The translations under genes were made by a program, and so were the position numbers. Under the pieces are notes generated by a model. The model had not been told where the DNA came from. It worked only from the letters and a program-made list of their open reading frames with translations, and made no database searches. A stretch of 64,000 nucleotides of DNA from positions 111,689-175,688 of the forward strand of contig CAWHOK010000001.1 in the NCBI GenBank assembly GCA_963830995.1, in the 5' to 3' direction. This DNA is from an uncultured Alphaproteobacteria bacterium. Lineage in GTDB: Bacteria > Pseudomonadota > Alphaproteobacteria > Rhizobiales > Xanthobacteraceae. This document shows, piece after piece, positions 27,259 to 38,120 of the stretch. Position 1 is the first letter of the stretch; each line of letters begins with the position of its first letter.

Positions 27259-27597
27259 CTAATTCATCAGTGAGTTGCGCGGCCGGTATGAGCCGCGCTC
27301 GTCGCGCTCGAAAATTTCGGCGACCTGCGGGTGGCGAATCGGCGTGTCGGAAGTATCAGGCAGCAAATTCTGCTCGGACACATAAGCGATGTATTCGGTT
27401 TCGGCGTTTTCCGCGAACAGGTGATAGAATGGTTGGTCCTTGCGCGGTCGGCGGTCCGCCGGGATCGATTGCCACCATTCCTCGGTATTGTTGAATTCCG
27501 GATCGATGTCGAACACGACGCCGCGGAACGGGAACAGGCGGTGTTTGACTACCTGGCCGATCTGGTATTTCGCGGTGTGCATTCGTTTTTCGCTCAT
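27259..27597 (-). CDS. hspQ: Heat shock protein HspQ
   Basis: AKYQIGQVVKHRLFPFRGVVFDIDP, QPFYHL, YVSEQNL. Confidence 0.92.
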   Translation of the reverse strand: MSEKRMHTAKYQIGQVVKHRLFPFRGVVFDIDPEFNNTEEWWQSIPADRRPRKDQPFYHLFAENAETEYIAYVSEQNLLPDTSDTPIRHPQVAEIFERDERGSYRPRNSLMN

Positions 27598-27640
27598 GCG
27601 CAAACCAGATAAGGGTTGATTGCGGCGAAAGCCAGTGGGC

Positions 27641-28675
27641 TCAGAGACCATAACGCGGGCCCATCGCCGGATCCTTGGCGGCGACCCGAGCGGCAAGATC
27701 GAGCAGCACCTTGGCCTGCTTCCAGGTAGCGTCGTCCTGCATCTTGCCGTCGATCATCACCGCGCCGGCGCCGTCCGGCATCGCGGCGACGATTTTTTTG
27801 GCGAAAGCGACTTCGTCTGGATCGGGCGAAAACACCGTCTTCGCGATTCCAATCTGCGAAGGGTGCAGCGACCAGGCCCCGGCGCAGCCCATCAAGAAAG
27901 CATTGCGGAATTGCGCTTCGCATCCGGCCAGATCGGAAAAATCGCCGAACGGTCCGTAGAATGGTTTGATGCCGGCGGCGGCACAGGCGTCGACCATTTT
28001 CGCGATAGTGTAGTGCCACAAGTCCTGTTGCGCACTAGCACGTGCGCCAGTGCCGGAATCGGCCAGCACTTTATATTCTGGATGACCGCCGCCGACCCGC
28101 GTGGTTTTCATCGCGCGCGACGCGGCAAGATCGGCTGGGCCGAGCGACATGCCGTGCATGCGTGGGGAGGCGAGCGCGATTGCTTCGACATTGTTGACAC
28201 CTTGCGCGGTTTCCAGGATGGCGTGGATTAAAATCGGCTTCTTCACGCCATGTCGCGCCTCGAGTTGCGCCAGAAGTTGATCGAGATAATGAATGTCCCA
28301 CGGGCCGTCGACCTTCGGCAGCATGATGACATCAAGCTTGTTGCCGGCCGCGGCGACGATCTGCGTCACGTCGTCGAGCATCCACGGCGAATTGAGCGCG
28401 TTGATCCGCGTCCACAGTCCAGTTGTGCCGTAGTCGGCTTTTGTCATTTCGATGAACCCGCGGCGCGCGGCTTCCTTGGCGTCGACGGGGATAGCGTCCT
28501 CGAGGTTGCCCAGCACCACGTCGACCTGGCGAATGAGTTCCGGCACCTTGGCGCGCAATTTATCCAGATGCGGCGGCACAAAATGAATCATGCGCTCGAG
28601 CCGCAGCGGCAACTCGCGCAGCGGCGAGGGCGCGCCGATCGCAAGCGGCTGATAGAACTGACGCGGTGGCTTCAT
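27641..28675 (-). CDS. CoA ester lyase (CitE / malyl-CoA lyase family)
   Basis: NLEDAIP, WTRIN, MLPKV, ILET, GPADL, HPSQI, GKMQD. Confidence 0.85.
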   Translation of the reverse strand: MKPPRQFYQPLAIGAPSPLRELPLRLERMIHFVPPHLDKLRAKVPELIRQVDVVLGNLEDAIPVDAKEAARRGFIEMTKADYGTTGLWTRINALNSPWMLDDVTQIVAAAGNKLDVIMLPKVDGPWDIHYLDQLLAQLEARHGVKKPILIHAILETAQGVNNVEAIALASPRMHGMSLGPADLAASRAMKTTRVGGGHPEYKVLADSGTGARASAQQDLWHYTIAKMVDACAAAGIKPFYGPFGDFSDLAGCEAQFRNAFLMGCAGAWSLHPSQIGIAKTVFSPDPDEVAFAKKIVAAMPDGAGAVMIDGKMQDDATWKQAKVLLDLAARVAAKDPAMGPRYGL

Positions 28676-28760
28676 CGGTTCAGTCCTTCCCAATCGCGCA
28701 ATTGCCGTTTAGAGGAATGCAAAGGCCGCGCCAAGTGGCCGTAATCGACGCGACCGCCCA

Positions 28761-29849
28761 ATGCAGCCCTTATCCGGCCTATTGGTTTTGGATTTCTCCA
28801 CGCTGCTGCCTGGGCCGCTGGCGACCCTGATGTTGGCCGAAGCCGGCGCCGAGGTGATCAAGATCGAGCGGCCCGGCGGGGAGGAGATGCGCAGCTTTCC
28901 ACCGCTGTGGCAGGGCGAAAGTGCAGTTTTTGCGATGCTCAATCGCGGTAAGCAAGGTCTCACGCTCGATCTAAAAAATCCGGCAGATCGAGAACGGCTT
29001 AAACCATTACTTCAACGTGCTGACATTTTGGTTGAACAATTTCGCCCCGGTGTCATGGCGCGGCTCGGCTTGGGATATGACGCCGTCCGCGCGATCAATT
29101 CCCGCCTGATTTATTGCTCGATCAGCGGCTACGGCCAGACCGGTCCCCGCTCCGACGAAGCCGGCCATGACATCAATTACATTGGCAATACCGGGGTGCT
29201 CGATCTTCAGCCCGGCCCTGCCGACCGGCCCGTGGTCCCGCCATTCCTAGCGGCCGATATCGCCGGCGGCAGTTTTCCGGCTGTGATCAACATTCTGCTG
29301 GCGTTGCGTTCGCGCGATCAAAGCGGCCACGGTTGCCATCTTGATATAGCCATGACCGATGCGATGTTCACCTTCGCTTGGTATGCGCTGGCACTAGGGC
29401 AAGTCAGCGGCCGATTCCCAAAACCAGGGGAACTATCGCTGGTCGGCGGCTCGCCGCGCTACCAGCTTTATCCGACGCGCGACGGCAAGGTCGTGGCCTG
29501 CGGTGCGCTCGAGCCAAAATTCTGGCTGGCATTCACCACTGCGATCGAACTCGCCGGGGAATTCGTTGACGATCGCGACGATCCGGCGCGAACGCGCGAG
29601 GCTATCGCCAGGATCATTGCGGGCAGAACCGCTGACGATTGGCGGCCGATCCTGGCGAGAGCCGATTGCTGCGCCACTATTGTTGTGCCACTCGAACAGG
29701 CGATCCGGGATCCACATTTCCTCGAACGCGGCCTGTTCGCCCATCAGGTGCAAAACGCGGCCGGTGAGACCATGCCGGCGTTGCCGATACCAATTGCAGA
29801 CGAATTTCGCGACCTTGGAACAATCGCGAAAAGAGACCCACCTAATTAA
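28761..29849 (+). CDS. CaiB/BaiF family CoA-transferase
   Basis: LPGP..GAEVIKIERP, NRGK, EQFRPGV, GHDINY. Confidence 0.9.
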   Translation: MQPLSGLLVLDFSTLLPGPLATLMLAEAGAEVIKIERPGGEEMRSFPPLWQGESAVFAMLNRGKQGLTLDLKNPADRERLKPLLQRADILVEQFRPGVMARLGLGYDAVRAINSRLIYCSISGYGQTGPRSDEAGHDINYIGNTGVLDLQPGPADRPVVPPFLAADIAGGSFPAVINILLALRSRDQSGHGCHLDIAMTDAMFTFAWYALALGQVSGRFPKPGELSLVGGSPRYQLYPTRDGKVVACGALEPKFWLAFTTAIELAGEFVDDRDDPARTREAIARIIAGRTADDWRPILARADCCATIVVPLEQAIRDPHFLERGLFAHQVQNAAGETMPALPIPIADEFRDLGTIAKRDPPN

Positions 29850-31038
29850 AACGCTGCGCAGCGCGCGGTGTTACACCTTCGCGCATGACGGCTCGGCGCA
29901 GCGGGCCTATGCGATCGAGTAAATAAAGCCCAAGTCCGCGCGTGCTTTGCATTGGGAGAAAATCCGACAACAGAGAGCGATTGAGCAGGTCGATTACCAG
30001 TTTGCGGCTACCGACGTCCGCACGACGCGCTTCGTCGTAGCGTGCCAGCAGGTTGGCCGCACCGGGATCGGCGCCGTTTCGCGTGGCGGCGATGACCAGG
30101 CCGGCAATGGCTGACGCATCCCGCAAGCCGAGATTCAGTCCCTGCGCGCCAATCGGCGGAATGATGTGAGCGGCTTCGCCAATGAGTGCAATGCGCTGAT
30201 CGGCGAAGCGCCGCGCCGTAGCCACCGTCAGGGGGAACAGACCGCGACCCTGCTCAACGCCGACTTTGCCGAGAATGGAATGCAACCCCCGCTCGACCTC
30301 GGTCGACAACGCATCATCATCCAATGCGGCAATCTCGTTGGCTTTGTCGGGCGACAATACCCAAACAAGACTCGATCTATTACCGGGCAATGGAACCTGG
30401 GTGAACGGACCCGATGGCGTGTGGAATTCCGTTGAAGTGTCTTGATGTGGACGAGTGTGCGCAAACGAAAGTGTCAACGCCGACTGCGGATAGGCATGCT
30501 CGTCGATCTCAATTCCCGCTGCCGTCCGGCATAGCGAGCGGCGCCCATCGGCGCCAATGACGAGCGATGCTTCAATCTCGCCGCCATTAAAATGAATGGC
30601 GACTTTGTCCGCATCGCATTCAACTGTTCGCACCTGCGCATCCACAATCCGCAACATCGGCAACGCGCGGGCGCAGGCGTCGAGCGCCGCGAGCAAATCG
30701 CGGTTTTCTACATTGTGGCCGAAGGCGTCGAGTCCAATTTCACGGGCGTCGAACTTGACTTCCGGTGCGCGCAATAATCGGCCAGTGTCGTCGATGATCC
30801 GCATGGTCTTTAGCGGTGAAGCCATCGGGGCGCACGCGGCCCAAGCCCCAATTGTCTGAAGCCCTTGGACCGACCCGGCGAGCAGGGCCGTCGTGCGATT
30901 GTCAGATTTGGCCGGCCGGGTTCCAATGAGCGTCGTCTGGATGCCGGCAGCCGCCAAACTGATCGCGGCCATCAACCCTGCGGGGCCGACGCCGACCACC
31001 GCGATCTTGTTATTTTTGGCACATGGAGTCTGTGACAT
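29842..31038 (-). CDS. UbiH/UbiF-family ubiquinone biosynthesis hydroxylase
   Basis: GVGPAG, GADGRRS, GEAAH..PPIGAQGLNLGLRD. Confidence 0.88.
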   Translation of the reverse strand: MSQTPCAKNNKIAVVGVGPAGLMAAISLAAAGIQTTLIGTRPAKSDNRTTALLAGSVQGLQTIGAWAACAPMASPLKTMRIIDDTGRLLRAPEVKFDAREIGLDAFGHNVENRDLLAALDACARALPMLRIVDAQVRTVECDADKVAIHFNGGEIEASLVIGADGRRSLCRTAAGIEIDEHAYPQSALTLSFAHTRPHQDTSTEFHTPSGPFTQVPLPGNRSSLVWVLSPDKANEIAALDDDALSTEVERGLHSILGKVGVEQGRGLFPLTVATARRFADQRIALIGEAAHIIPPIGAQGLNLGLRDASAIAGLVIAATRNGADPGAANLLARYDEARRADVGSRKLVIDLLNRSLLSDFLPMQSTRGLGLYLLDRIGPLRRAVMREGVTPRAAQRFN

Positions 31039-31116
31039 CTGGATATCTCGTATGATAACCAAACCCCGGTACCACGCGCCACGGTCGCGTCAATCCCGCC
31101 ATTACGCTATGACTTT

Positions 31117-31941
31117 GTGACCTCGATGCGCGCAGCCGATCACCATCTTGACCATCTGCCGCCGGCTGCGGCGGGGCTTGGCTATGCGCTGGCACGACCG
31201 CGCGCCAGTGCGATCGCGTCCATCTTGGGATTAGCCCTGCTGGGTTGGCTTTGGCTCGGCATGATGAACGCACAAGGGCCGGGTGCGCTCATGGCACTTT
31301 GCCGCGCACAATTCGGCGCGGGCATCTGGAGTGGGCCAGAATTCTGGATCGCGCTCGCCATGTGGAGCGCCATGGTGCTGGCCATGATGTTGCCGAGCGC
31401 AGGTCCAATGATCCTGACATATGTAGAGATCGCCGATACCGCCGCTAGTCGAGGCCGGCACGCGGTGTCGCCGTTCGTGCTGACCGCGGGCTATGTAGTT
31501 GTCTGGCTCGGCTTCGCTCTGGTCGCGGCCAGCATCTATTTTGCTTTTTCGCGCAGCGCCGCCGTCGATCCGGTAACGGCGATGATATTGTCGGGCGCAA
31601 TCTTTATCGGCGCCGGACTGTATCAATTTTCCGGTCTTAAGCAGGCTTGCCTACGGCTATGCCGGCAGCCGTTTCAGTTTTTCTTCCTCAATTGGTCCAC
31701 CACATCGCGCGGCGTATTTCGTCTCGGGTTGCGTCAGGGCATTTATTGTCTGGGTTGCTGCTGGGCGATGATGGCGGTCATGTTTGCGACCGGGGCCATG
31801 AACGTATTGTGGATGGCGGCATTGGGGATTGCGATGACAGCGGAGAAAATGACCCGCGGAAAGTATTTCAGCGGCGTCCTCGGCGGAATGTTCATCGCTA
31901 TTGGCGCAAGTTTCATGTTATCGGCGGCCGGCGCATTTTGA
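31117..31941 (+). CDS. DUF2182 predicted metal-binding membrane protein
   Basis: MW..M..AMMLP, YQF..LKQACL..CRQP, G..CLGCCWAMM. Confidence 0.85.
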   Translation: MTSMRAADHHLDHLPPAAAGLGYALARPRASAIASILGLALLGWLWLGMMNAQGPGALMALCRAQFGAGIWSGPEFWIALAMWSAMVLAMMLPSAGPMILTYVEIADTAASRGRHAVSPFVLTAGYVVVWLGFALVAASIYFAFSRSAAVDPVTAMILSGAIFIGAGLYQFSGLKQACLRLCRQPFQFFFLNWSTTSRGVFRLGLRQGIYCLGCCWAMMAVMFATGAMNVLWMAALGIAMTAEKMTRGKYFSGVLGGMFIAIGASFMLSAAGAF

Positions 31942-31953
31942 AGGAGTGCGAGC

Positions 31954-32562
31954 TTGAGTGAATCCTGGACGGTAAAAGGCGAACTGGCGCTGTCGTGCAG
32001 CTGCACGGTGTTCTGCCCCTGCGTGCTGTCGCTTGGCGACCATCCGCCGACGGAAGAACGCTGTCAGACATGGGCCGGCATTCGCATCGACAAAGGCCAT
32101 TTCGACGATATCGATCTTTCCGGCGTCAAAGTAGGGCTGATGATGGACCTGCCCGGCATCATGTCGCGCGGCAACTGGACCGCGGCGCTGTTCGTCGACG
32201 AGAAGGCCTCCGCGCAGGCGGTCAAGAGTCTGACGCGCATCTTCACCGGCCGGGTCGGAGGCACCACGCATCTCCTGTCGATTTTAGTCGGTCAATTCCT
32301 CGGCGTTCGGCAGGTGCCGATCACCTACGAGACCAAGGGTGAAACCCGCATCATCAAAATCGAAAAATACGTCGATGGCGCCATCACGCCGGTGCGTGGC
32401 AAGGAGCCGGGCCAGCATGTAGCAATTCGCAACAGTGAATACTGGATATCGCCTAACGTGATCGTGTCGCGCGCCGAACGTTCGCGTTTCCGCGGCTTCG
32501 GCCGCAATTGGAAGCTCGATGGCCGCTCGGCGGAGATCTGCCAGCTTGACTGGGGCAACTGA
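31954..32562 (+). CDS. DUF1326 protein
   Basis: SCSC..FCPC motif, M..GNW; adjacent to DUF2182 gene. Confidence 0.85.
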   Translation: MSESWTVKGELALSCSCTVFCPCVLSLGDHPPTEERCQTWAGIRIDKGHFDDIDLSGVKVGLMMDLPGIMSRGNWTAALFVDEKASAQAVKSLTRIFTGRVGGTTHLLSILVGQFLGVRQVPITYETKGETRIIKIEKYVDGAITPVRGKEPGQHVAIRNSEYWISPNVIVSRAERSRFRGFGRNWKLDGRSAEICQLDWGN

Positions 32563-32574
32563 GAGGGTCGCGCC

Positions 32575-33261
32575 ATCGATCGCGCTCGCGCTTTCGCCAT
32601 TCACGTCTTTACCGCGAGCGGCGCGGCTTTGGCGCTGTTGGCGATGATTCTCGCCGCCGGCGGACACTGGTCGGCCATGTTCTTCTGTCTTGGTCTGGCG
32701 CTGCTGATTGATGCGCTGGATGGGCCGCTGGCGCGCGAATTTAAGGTCGCCGCACTTATCCCGCGCTGGTCGGGCGAAACACTCGACCTGGTTGTCGATT
32801 TTACCACCTACGTTTTCGTTCCGGCCTATGCGATTTCGGCGAGCGGCTTGTTGCCGCAGGTGCTTTCGATTTTGTGCGGTATGGTCGTGGTAGTGACCGG
32901 TGCGCTTTATTTTGCCGACCGCGAGATGAAGACGCGTGATAATTTCTTTCAAGGATTTCCGGCGGTGTGGAATGTCGTGGCTTTTTATTTGTTTGTGCTG
33001 GAGCCGCCGTCCTGGCTTGCCGTGGGGATGCTCGCCGTCCTCGCCGCGCTGAGCTTCGTGCCGGTTCAATTCGTGCATCCGGTTCGCGTCCCGAGGTTCA
33101 GGGCGCTCAATATCGCGCTCGTGGTCGTCTGGAGCCTCCTGGCGATGCTGACGGTGGGTGAAAACCTTAGCCCGGAATGGTGGGTCAAACTCGGTCTATG
33201 CGCGATTGCAATTTATTTCCTCGCCTCGGGCTACCTGGCGCGGCGGCTGACGAATGCCTGA
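32575..33261 (+). CDS. pcs: Phosphatidylcholine synthase (CDP-alcohol phosphotransferase); start uncertain
   Basis: IHVFTASG, D.LDG.LAR...G..LD.VVD motif, FQGFPAVWN, FVHPVRV. Confidence 0.85.
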   Translation: MDRARAFAIHVFTASGAALALLAMILAAGGHWSAMFFCLGLALLIDALDGPLAREFKVAALIPRWSGETLDLVVDFTTYVFVPAYAISASGLLPQVLSILCGMVVVVTGALYFADREMKTRDNFFQGFPAVWNVVAFYLFVLEPPSWLAVGMLAVLAALSFVPVQFVHPVRVPRFRALNIALVVVWSLLAMLTVGENLSPEWWVKLGLCAIAIYFLASGYLARRLTNA

Positions 33262-33985
33262 AATCATTTTCAATGCCAACGCCTGGGCCGCGCTATTCAC
33301 GCTGACCGCGCTCGAAATCGTCCTCGGCATCGACAATCTCGTCTTCATCTCCGTCCTCACTGCGCGGCTCGACAAGAAGCGCGCGGCAACGGCCCGTGCC
33401 GTCGGGCTTTCCCTGGCTTTCGTATTCCGCATCGCGCTGTTGGCGTCGCTGAGCTGGCTGATGGATCTTACCGCGCCGGTAATCACCGGCGCCGGTTTGG
33501 CGCTGTCGTGGCGCGACATCGTGTTGATCGGCGGCGGGTTATTCCTGCTAGCGAAGTCGACCCATGAGATTCACGGTGAGGTCGAGGCCAACAACACCAA
33601 GCCCACTAAATCGCGCGGCCGCAACGCCTTGCTGGCGGTGATCGCGCAACTGGTTGTGATCGACCTGGTGTTCTCGATCGATTCCATTGTTACCGCGATC
33701 GGCCTCGCCGACGACCTTGAGATCATGATCGCCGCGGTTTCGATTGCGATGATTGTAATGTATTTTGCCGCAAGTCCCGTCGGCGATTTCATCGCGGCGC
33801 ATCCCACCACGAAGATGCTAGCACTGGCATTTTTGCTGCTGATCGGCGTTGCGCTGCTCGCCGACGGCTTCCACTTCCACATCCCGCGCGGCTATATTTA
33901 CTTCGCGATGGCCTTCGCCGCCGCCGTGGAAACCTTTAACGTGCTGGCGCGCCGCAATCGCGGCAAGCGCCCGCGCAAATCCTGA
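33254..33985 (+). CDS. TerC family membrane protein
   Basis: LEIVLGIDN, DLVFSIDS..TA.G motifs. Confidence 0.92.
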   Translation: MPEIIFNANAWAALFTLTALEIVLGIDNLVFISVLTARLDKKRAATARAVGLSLAFVFRIALLASLSWLMDLTAPVITGAGLALSWRDIVLIGGGLFLLAKSTHEIHGEVEANNTKPTKSRGRNALLAVIAQLVVIDLVFSIDSIVTAIGLADDLEIMIAAVSIAMIVMYFAASPVGDFIAAHPTTKMLALAFLLLIGVALLADGFHFHIPRGYIYFAMAFAAAVETFNVLARRNRGKRPRKS

Positions 33986-33999
33986 AATCGGAGAATGTC

Positions 34000-34737
34000 A
34001 TGTCGCAGCCCGTATTGCTTGTTGCCGGCGGCAGCCGTGGCATTGGCGCGGCCGCCGCGCGCATGGCGGGTAGCCGCGGCTACGACGTTGCGGTCAACTA
34101 CAACAGCAATTCCAATGCGGCGGCGTCGGTCGCCGAGGCGGTGAAAAAATCCGGCGGCAAGGCTGTCACGCTACAGGGTGATATGGGCAAGGAAGCGGAT
34201 ATCCAGCGGGTGTTCGACGAGACGACAAAAAAACTCGGGCCCATTACGCATTTCGTCCATTCGTCCGGCATCATCGGGCCGATGTCGCGGCTTGACGAAG
34301 TCTCGACCGAAACCATGCGCGAGGTGCTCGACGTCGACACACTTGGCGCGCTGATCTGCCTACGCGAATGCGTGCAGCGCATGTCAACGAAGCATGGCGG
34401 CAAGGGAGGCTCTATCGTGATGCTGTCTTCGATGGCGGCGATCCTCGGCGGCGGCGGCGAATGCGTGTGGTACGCCGCGGCGAAGGGCGCGATCAACTCG
34501 CTGACGGTCGGTCTCGCGCGCGAGGTCGCCAAGGAGGGCATCCGCATCAATGCCATCGCCCCGGGCATGATTGACACCGACATCCAACCGCCGGGCCGCA
34601 TGGCTCGCATCGAGCCGATGCTGCCGATGGGCAGGGGCGGGCAGCCGGACGAAGTCGCCGAAGCCATCCTCTACCTGCTCTCGGACGCGGCGTCCTACAT
34701 CACCGGCGCGAATTTGCGGGTTTCCGGCGCGCGTTAG
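34000..34737 (+). CDS. SDR family oxidoreductase
   Basis: GGSRGIG, YAAAK, INAIAPG. Confidence 0.9.
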   Translation: MSQPVLLVAGGSRGIGAAAARMAGSRGYDVAVNYNSNSNAAASVAEAVKKSGGKAVTLQGDMGKEADIQRVFDETTKKLGPITHFVHSSGIIGPMSRLDEVSTETMREVLDVDTLGALICLRECVQRMSTKHGGKGGSIVMLSSMAAILGGGGECVWYAAAKGAINSLTVGLAREVAKEGIRINAIAPGMIDTDIQPPGRMARIEPMLPMGRGGQPDEVAEAILYLLSDAASYITGANLRVSGAR

Positions 34738-34828
34738 GCGCGCATCAAGAGGCTTGCGCCGAACCCGCGGCTCCCTATGATCGCGGCGAACCTAAAATCC
34801 AATCCAATTATGTTCAGGGGAGTAAAAC

Positions 34829-35806
34829 ATGGTCACGGCAGTGCGCGTGCACAAACACGGCGGACCCGAGGTCCTGACCGTCGATGACATCGAGATTCCG
34901 GCACCGGGCCAGGGCCAGATCAAGATCAAGCAGCACGCGGTCGGCGTGAATTTCATCGACACTTACTTCCGCATGGGCATGTACCCGTCGCCGGTCGGCA
35001 TGCCATTCGTTTCCGGTAACGAAGGCGCCGGCGAGGTCATCGCGGTCGGCCCCGGCGTTGCCGAATTCAAGGTCGGCGACCGTGTCGCCTATGTGGCACC
35101 ACTCGGCGGCTACGCGACGGAACGCCTTCTGCCGGCCGAGCGCACCGTGAAGCTCCCGGACAACATCAGCTACGAGCAAGCTGCGGCGATGATGCTCAAG
35201 GGCATGACGGTGCAGTATCTCGTCAATCGGACCTACAAGGTTACCAAAGGCACGATCTGCCTGATCCATGCAGCGGCAGGTGGCGTCGGTTTGATTGCGT
35301 GCCAATGGGCCAATCATCTTGGCGCCACTGTGATTGGCACCGTCGGTTCCAAAGAAAAAGCAGATCTCGCCAAAAACAATGGCGCGCACCACACCATTCT
35401 TTATCGCGACGAAGACTTCGTTGCCCGCGTCAAGGAAATCACCAGCGGCAAACTGTGCGACGTCGTTTATGACGGCATTGGCAAGGACACTTTTCCGAAG
35501 TCACTCGACTGCATCCGCCCGCTCGGTTATTTCGTCTCATTCGGCAGCGCATCGGGGCAAATTGATGCCTTCAACATCAACATATTACAGACAAAAGGCT
35601 CGCTGTTTGCCACACGACCGACATTGAACACCTACACCGCCAAGCGCGCGGATCTGCTCGAGATCGCCGGCGATTTGTTTAAGGTGGTTGGGTCGGGCGC
35701 GGTCAAGATACCGATCAATCAAAAGTATCCGCTGAAGGACGCTGCCAAAGCGCACAAGGATCTCGAGGGCCGAGACACGACGGGATCAACTATTCTTATC
35801 CCGTAA
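34829..35806 (+). CDS. qor: NADPH:quinone oxidoreductase (MDR family)
   Basis: GVNFID, AAAGGVG, YDGIG, GSTILIP. Confidence 0.88.
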   Translation: MVTAVRVHKHGGPEVLTVDDIEIPAPGQGQIKIKQHAVGVNFIDTYFRMGMYPSPVGMPFVSGNEGAGEVIAVGPGVAEFKVGDRVAYVAPLGGYATERLLPAERTVKLPDNISYEQAAAMMLKGMTVQYLVNRTYKVTKGTICLIHAAAGGVGLIACQWANHLGATVIGTVGSKEKADLAKNNGAHHTILYRDEDFVARVKEITSGKLCDVVYDGIGKDTFPKSLDCIRPLGYFVSFGSASGQIDAFNINILQTKGSLFATRPTLNTYTAKRADLLEIAGDLFKVVGSGAVKIPINQKYPLKDAAKAHKDLEGRDTTGSTILIP

Positions 35807-35812
35807 GCGCGG

Positions 35813-36490
35813 CTAAATACGCTTGGCGGCCTGCGCAAAGGCCGGATGTTCGGTCAGCCCGGCCACCAGCCGCGGCAGACCGATCACCTCGATGCCGTCG
35901 GCGAAATGCGTAATGCTCTCGACCGTGGCCTCGAGCGACACCGGGCTGCGCTCGCTTTCGCTGACCATGATGGCGGCGATAGTGAGCTTACGTTGCGCTA
36001 GCACATGCAGTGCGGTGAGGGTGTGGCTGATGCTGCCGAGATAGCTGCCGACCACCACCAGCAACGGCAGCCGCAACACCGTCATCCAGTCGAGCACCGT
36101 GCGCCTTGCGTCGAGCGGCGCCATGATACCGCCGACACCTTCGATGAACAGCGAGCCTTTATGGGTGTCGATGGCGCGGCGGCAAAACGCGACCAGCGCC
36201 TCGAAGTCGAGCGGGCGGCCCTCGCGCGCAGCGGCAAGATCGGGCGCCACCGGCGCGCGATAGCGCCACGGAGCGATGCGCTCTATCTCCTCGGCGGTCA
36301 CCACGCGACCCAGCGCCTTGAGCAGAACCGCAGGGTCACTGGTCTCGACCACCGAGGAATCGTAGCCGTTGACCACCGGCTTGAATGCCGCGACCTGGGC
36401 GCCTTGGTCGCGCAGCAATCGCAGCAGCCCCGCCGTGACGAAGGTCTTGCCGATGTCGGTGCCAGTCGCGGTGACGAAAACGGCACTCAC
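35813..36490 (-). CDS. bioD: Dethiobiotin synthase
   Basis: TGTDIGKT, FKPV, EGVGG, YLGSISHT. Confidence 0.92.
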   Translation of the reverse strand: MSAVFVTATGTDIGKTFVTAGLLRLLRDQGAQVAAFKPVVNGYDSSVVETSDPAVLLKALGRVVTAEEIERIAPWRYRAPVAPDLAAAREGRPLDFEALVAFCRRAIDTHKGSLFIEGVGGIMAPLDARRTVLDWMTVLRLPLLVVVGSYLGSISHTLTALHVLAQRKLTIAAIMVSESERSPVSLEATVESITHFADGIEVIGLPRLVAGLTEHPAFAQAAKRI

Positions 36491-36742
36491 GGCCTACACG
36501 CCATTACGCGAGTGCAAACCACACTTGCGAGACGTTCGACTTTGGCATCCGGATGACTGGCGGTAAAAGTCAGTTGCAACCGCGCGATATCGCCCGGCAC
36601 GGTCGGAGGCCTGATGGCCGGAGCGAGAGAACCTTCGTCGGCCAGCATGCGATCGATCCTGACGATCTCGAAACATTGACTGACGCTGTGCTTCGGACCG
36701 TCTGTACGCTTTCATCCTGATCTGAGAACGCTCGGTCGCGAT

Positions 36743-38068
36743 TTAAAAGCCCGCCGCGGTCCCGTGCAAGTCGTATTCGTCCGAGCGCTCGATCTTCACG
36801 GTGACGATCTCGCCAACTCGCAGCGGGCGGCGGCTGGCAACGTAGACGGCCCCGTCGATTTCCGGCGCGTCGGCCATCGAGCGGCCTTTTGCGGCGGTCG
36901 GGCCGACCTGGTCGATGATGACCTGCTGACGCGAGCCGATCTTTCGCTTCAGCCGTTGTGTGGAGATTTTCTGCTGGTGCGCCATGAAGCGATGCCAGCG
37001 ATCTTCCTTCACGTCATCAGGCACGTGCGGCGCGCTGTCATTGGCGGGCGCGCCACGAACCGGTTCGTACCGGAAACAGCCGACCCGATCGAGTGACGCT
37101 TCGCCGAGCCAATCGAGCAATATCTCAAAATCGGCATCGGTCTCGCCAGGAAACCCGACGATAAAAGTCGACCGCAACGTCAGATCGGGGCACATCTCGC
37201 GCCATTGGCGAATGCGATCGAGCGTTTTTTCTTGCGCGGCCGGGCGTTTCATCCGCTTGAGCACCTCAGGCGAGGCGTGCTGGAACGGAATGTCGAGGTA
37301 GGGAAGAATTTTACGCTCGGCCATTAGCGGAATGACATCGTCGACATGCGGATATGGATAGACGTAATGCAGCCGCACCCAGATACCGAGCTCGCCCAGC
37401 GCCTTCGCCAGATCGTAGAACTTCGCGCGGACGTTGCGGCCGCGCCATTGACTGGCGGCGTATTTTAAGTCGACGCCATAGGCCGAGGTGTCCTGCGAGA
37501 TCACCAGCAGTTCCTTGACGCCGGCGGCCGCTAGTTTTTCCGCTTCACGCAGCACATCGGTGGCCGGGCGCGACACCAGATCACCGCGTAGCCGGGGGAT
37601 GATGCAGAACGAGCAGCGATTATTGCAGCCCTCGGAAATCTTGAGATAGGCGTAATGCCGCGGCGTCAGCTTGATGCCTTCCGGCGGCACCAAGTCTAAG
37701 AACGGATCATGCTTCGGCGGCACCGCGCGATGCACCGCATCGACCACACTCTCGTATTGTTGCGGACCGGTGATCGCCAGCAGGTTGGGGAATTTGCTCG
37801 AGATCGACTCCGGCTCGGCGCCCATGCAGCCGGTGACGATGACCTTGCCATTTTCCTTCAGCGCTTCGCCGATCGCGGCGAGGGATTCTTCCTTGGCGCT
37901 ATCGAGAAAACCGCAGGTGTTGACGATCACGAGGTCCGAGCCGGCATGTTGGCGCGACAGCTCGTAACCCTCGGCGCGCAGCCGCGTAATGATCCGCTCG
38001 CTATCGACCAGCGCTTTCGGACATCCGAGCGAAACAAAACTGACTTTGGGCGCGATACTCTCGTCCAT
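36743..38068 (-). CDS. rimO: Ribosomal protein S12 methylthiotransferase
   Basis: [20 protein letters not shown] radical-SAM motif, TRAM domain (DAPEIDG). Confidence 0.96.
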   Translation of the reverse strand: MDESIAPKVSFVSLGCPKALVDSERIITRLRAEGYELSRQHAGSDLVIVNTCGFLDSAKEESLAAIGEALKENGKVIVTGCMGAEPESISSKFPNLLAITGPQQYESVVDAVHRAVPPKHDPFLDLVPPEGIKLTPRHYAYLKISEGCNNRCSFCIIPRLRGDLVSRPATDVLREAEKLAAAGVKELLVISQDTSAYGVDLKYAASQWRGRNVRAKFYDLAKALGELGIWVRLHYVYPYPHVDDVIPLMAERKILPYLDIPFQHASPEVLKRMKRPAAQEKTLDRIRQWREMCPDLTLRSTFIVGFPGETDADFEILLDWLGEASLDRVGCFRYEPVRGAPANDSAPHVPDDVKEDRWHRFMAHQQKISTQRLKRKIGSRQQVIIDQVGPTAAKGRSMADAPEIDGAVYVASRRPLRVGEIVTVKIERSDEYDLHGTAAGF

Positions 38069-38120
38069 TGCCGCAGGAGCTAGTCGGCTATCCGGCAAAG
38101 ATCAAGGAAAAGCGTCAAAT

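Noticed and set aside
36491-36742. Biotin regulatory site or small ORF upstream of the orphan bioD
   Set aside because: No BioR or BirA-type palindrome recognised and the ORFs lack coding signals
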